A DNA stretch of 64,000 nt from Macrostomum lignano (Eukaryota), in contig NIVC01000390.1 in NCBI GenBank assembly GCA_002269645.1, forward strand, positions 372,001 to 436,000, in the 5' to 3' direction. Each line of letters opens with the position of its first letter. Position 1 is the first letter of the stretch. The position numbers and the translations under genes are program-made. Below are positions 62,005-64,000 of this stretch, in pieces. The notes beneath the pieces were generated by a model, which was given only the letters and a program-made list of their open reading frames with translations, had not been told where the DNA came from and made no database searches.

Positions 62005-62925
62005 CACCCAAAATGACATCTCAGACCCGAAATGGCACTCCCGCACACCCAAATTGACGTCTCACACCCGAAAGGACACCCCCACACTCAAAATGACATC
62101 TCAGACGAGTCAGACCCGAAATGGGCACTACCGCACACCCAAAATACATCTCAGACTCGAACTAGCACTCCCGCACACCCAAAATGACACCTCAGACCCG
62201 AAATGGCACTCCCGCTTACCCAAAATGACATCTCAGACTCGAAATGGCACTCCCGCACACCCAAAATGACATCTCAGACTCAAAATGGCACTCCCGCACA
62301 CCCAAAATGACATCTCAGACCCGAAATGGCACTCCCGCTTACCCAAAATGACATCTCAGACTCGAAATGGCACTCCCGCACACCCAAAATGACATCTCAG
62401 ACTCAAAATGGCACTCCCGCACACCCAAAATGACATCTCAGACTCGAAATGGCACTCCCGCACACCCAAAATGACATCTCAGACCCGAAATGGCACTCCC
62501 GCACACCCAAAATGACACCTCAGACCCGAAATGGCACTCCCGCTTACCCAAAATGACATCTCAGACTCGAAATGGCACTCCCGCACACCCAAAATGACAT
62601 CTCAGACTCGAAATGGCACTCCCGCACACCCAAAATGACATCTCAGACTCGAAATGGCACTCCCGCACACCCAAAATGACATCTCAGACTCAAAATGGCA
62701 CTCCCGCACACCCAAAATGACATCTCAGACTCGAAATGGCACTCCCGCACACCCAAAATGACATCTCAGACTCAAAATGGCACTCCCGCACACCCAAAAT
62801 GACATCTCAGACTCGAAATGGCACTCCCGCACACCCAAAATGACATCTCAGACTCAAAATGGCACTCCCGCACACCCAAAATGACATCTCAGACCCGAAA
62901 TGGCACTCCCGCACACCCAAAATGG
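62005..62925. repeat. 39-bp minisatellite
   Basis: Unit CACCCAAAATGACATCTCAGACTCGAAATGGCACTCCCG(CA). Confidence 0.93.
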
Positions 62926-63114
62926 CACATTGCATTCAAAATTGCATTTCATTAGATCCCAAATCGCATTCCTCATATCCGATTGCGGCCAAGGGGTGTT
63001 TTTGCAGACGGCAGTCCAGTGCAATTTGAAATTGGCTGGCTCAAGTGCCCGCAGCACAGAGAGGGCAATTTCGCATTTAGTCTGGCGCACTAACTTGCAC
63101 TGCACGACAGCACT

Positions 63115-63385
63115 CCTCAGATCCCAAATCGCATTCCCCTCAGATCCCAAATCGCAACTCCTCAGATCCCAAATCGCAACTCCTCAGATCCCAACTCGCA
63201 ATTCCCCAGATCCCAACTCGCAATTCCCCAGATCCCAAATGGCACTCCTCAGATCCCATCTCGCACTCCTCAGATCCCATCTCGCACTCGTCAGATCCCA
63301 AATCGCAATAAGATCCCAAATCGCATTCCCCTCAGATCCCAAATCGCAATCCTCAGATCCCAAATCGCACTTTTCAGATCCCAAC
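63115..63385. repeat. ~21-24-bp degenerate minisatellite
   Basis: Unit approx. CTCAGATCCCAAATCGCA(A/T/C)TC. Confidence 0.8.
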
Positions 63386-64000
63386 TCCTTATATTCCATA
63401 GACACATTCAATCAGTTGCCACATCCGAAATGGCACCCCTTCAGTTTTCAGACCGCAAGCTCAAGATCTAACACGACAGCTCAGAGCTTCAGACCCCAAC
63501 TTATCTAGGATAAATCGGGTATTAAGTCTGCCAGTCTGTCCAGCACCACACCGATTCCTCAACCCCTCAGAAGACATGGCTTTAGAATCCCAATATCTGA
63601 GCAGACTGAAACCCTGAACTAATAGGCGAGCCACTAGACTCACACCTCGCACCTATGCCGCAGGGTATGCATGCAGAGTCTTGGCACCTTGTCTTTGTGT
63701 GCCCAATTGGTCTTTGTTGTGGGAGAAGGGAAATCCTGCTCAAACACCTTCCTTCCTGTTCTTCCCATTGCTCGCTTTCCCGAATCCGACATGCCGCCTG
63801 CCCTGCCCCTACTTCCTAACCTCACAGCCGACCCCTGCTGTGTTTTTAGACTAAGTTATAAAATTATGTCACAGTCGGGGAGGCTCCCGTCTGCCTGTCA
63901 GTCAGTCAGACCCCCCCCCCCCAATAATTTTCCCTCTCTATTTTAAACTCGCTCTCTTCATCGCCTCAATCCCTAATTTTATGCTCTCATTCCCTGCCGA

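Overview
Eukaryotic (metazoan) genomic DNA. GC-rich exons with Ala/Gly/Gln runs and introns packed with private minisatellites suggest a flatworm such as Macrostomum, but this is inference only. The left end holds a minus-strand LRR + ZU5 gene. A transposon-rich, AT-rich spacer follows: a LINE RT relic, a 4.1 kb hAT element whose transposase is killed only by six C>T-type stops, several MITEs with 8-bp TSDs, and SINEs. Next are four closely spaced plus-strand genes, EFL1, a synaptobrevin/VAMP, TIMELESS and TMF1. Each has a splice-acceptor-like site just upstream of its ATG, making a candidate trans-spliced operon. An orphan coding exon lies near the right end, and there are about 17 unrelated tandem-repeat arrays. 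The most notable finding is four paralogous ~150-nt box H/ACA RNAs (29295, 30363, 32327, 32496) with covarying stems and invariant pockets. The 3' pocket fits U2 snRNA U34 and the 5' pocket fits a large-subunit rRNA site. Two copies lie in tandem in TIMELESS intron 1 and two lie in the VAMP-TIMELESS spacer. No CRISPR array, rRNA or intact tRNA gene was found.
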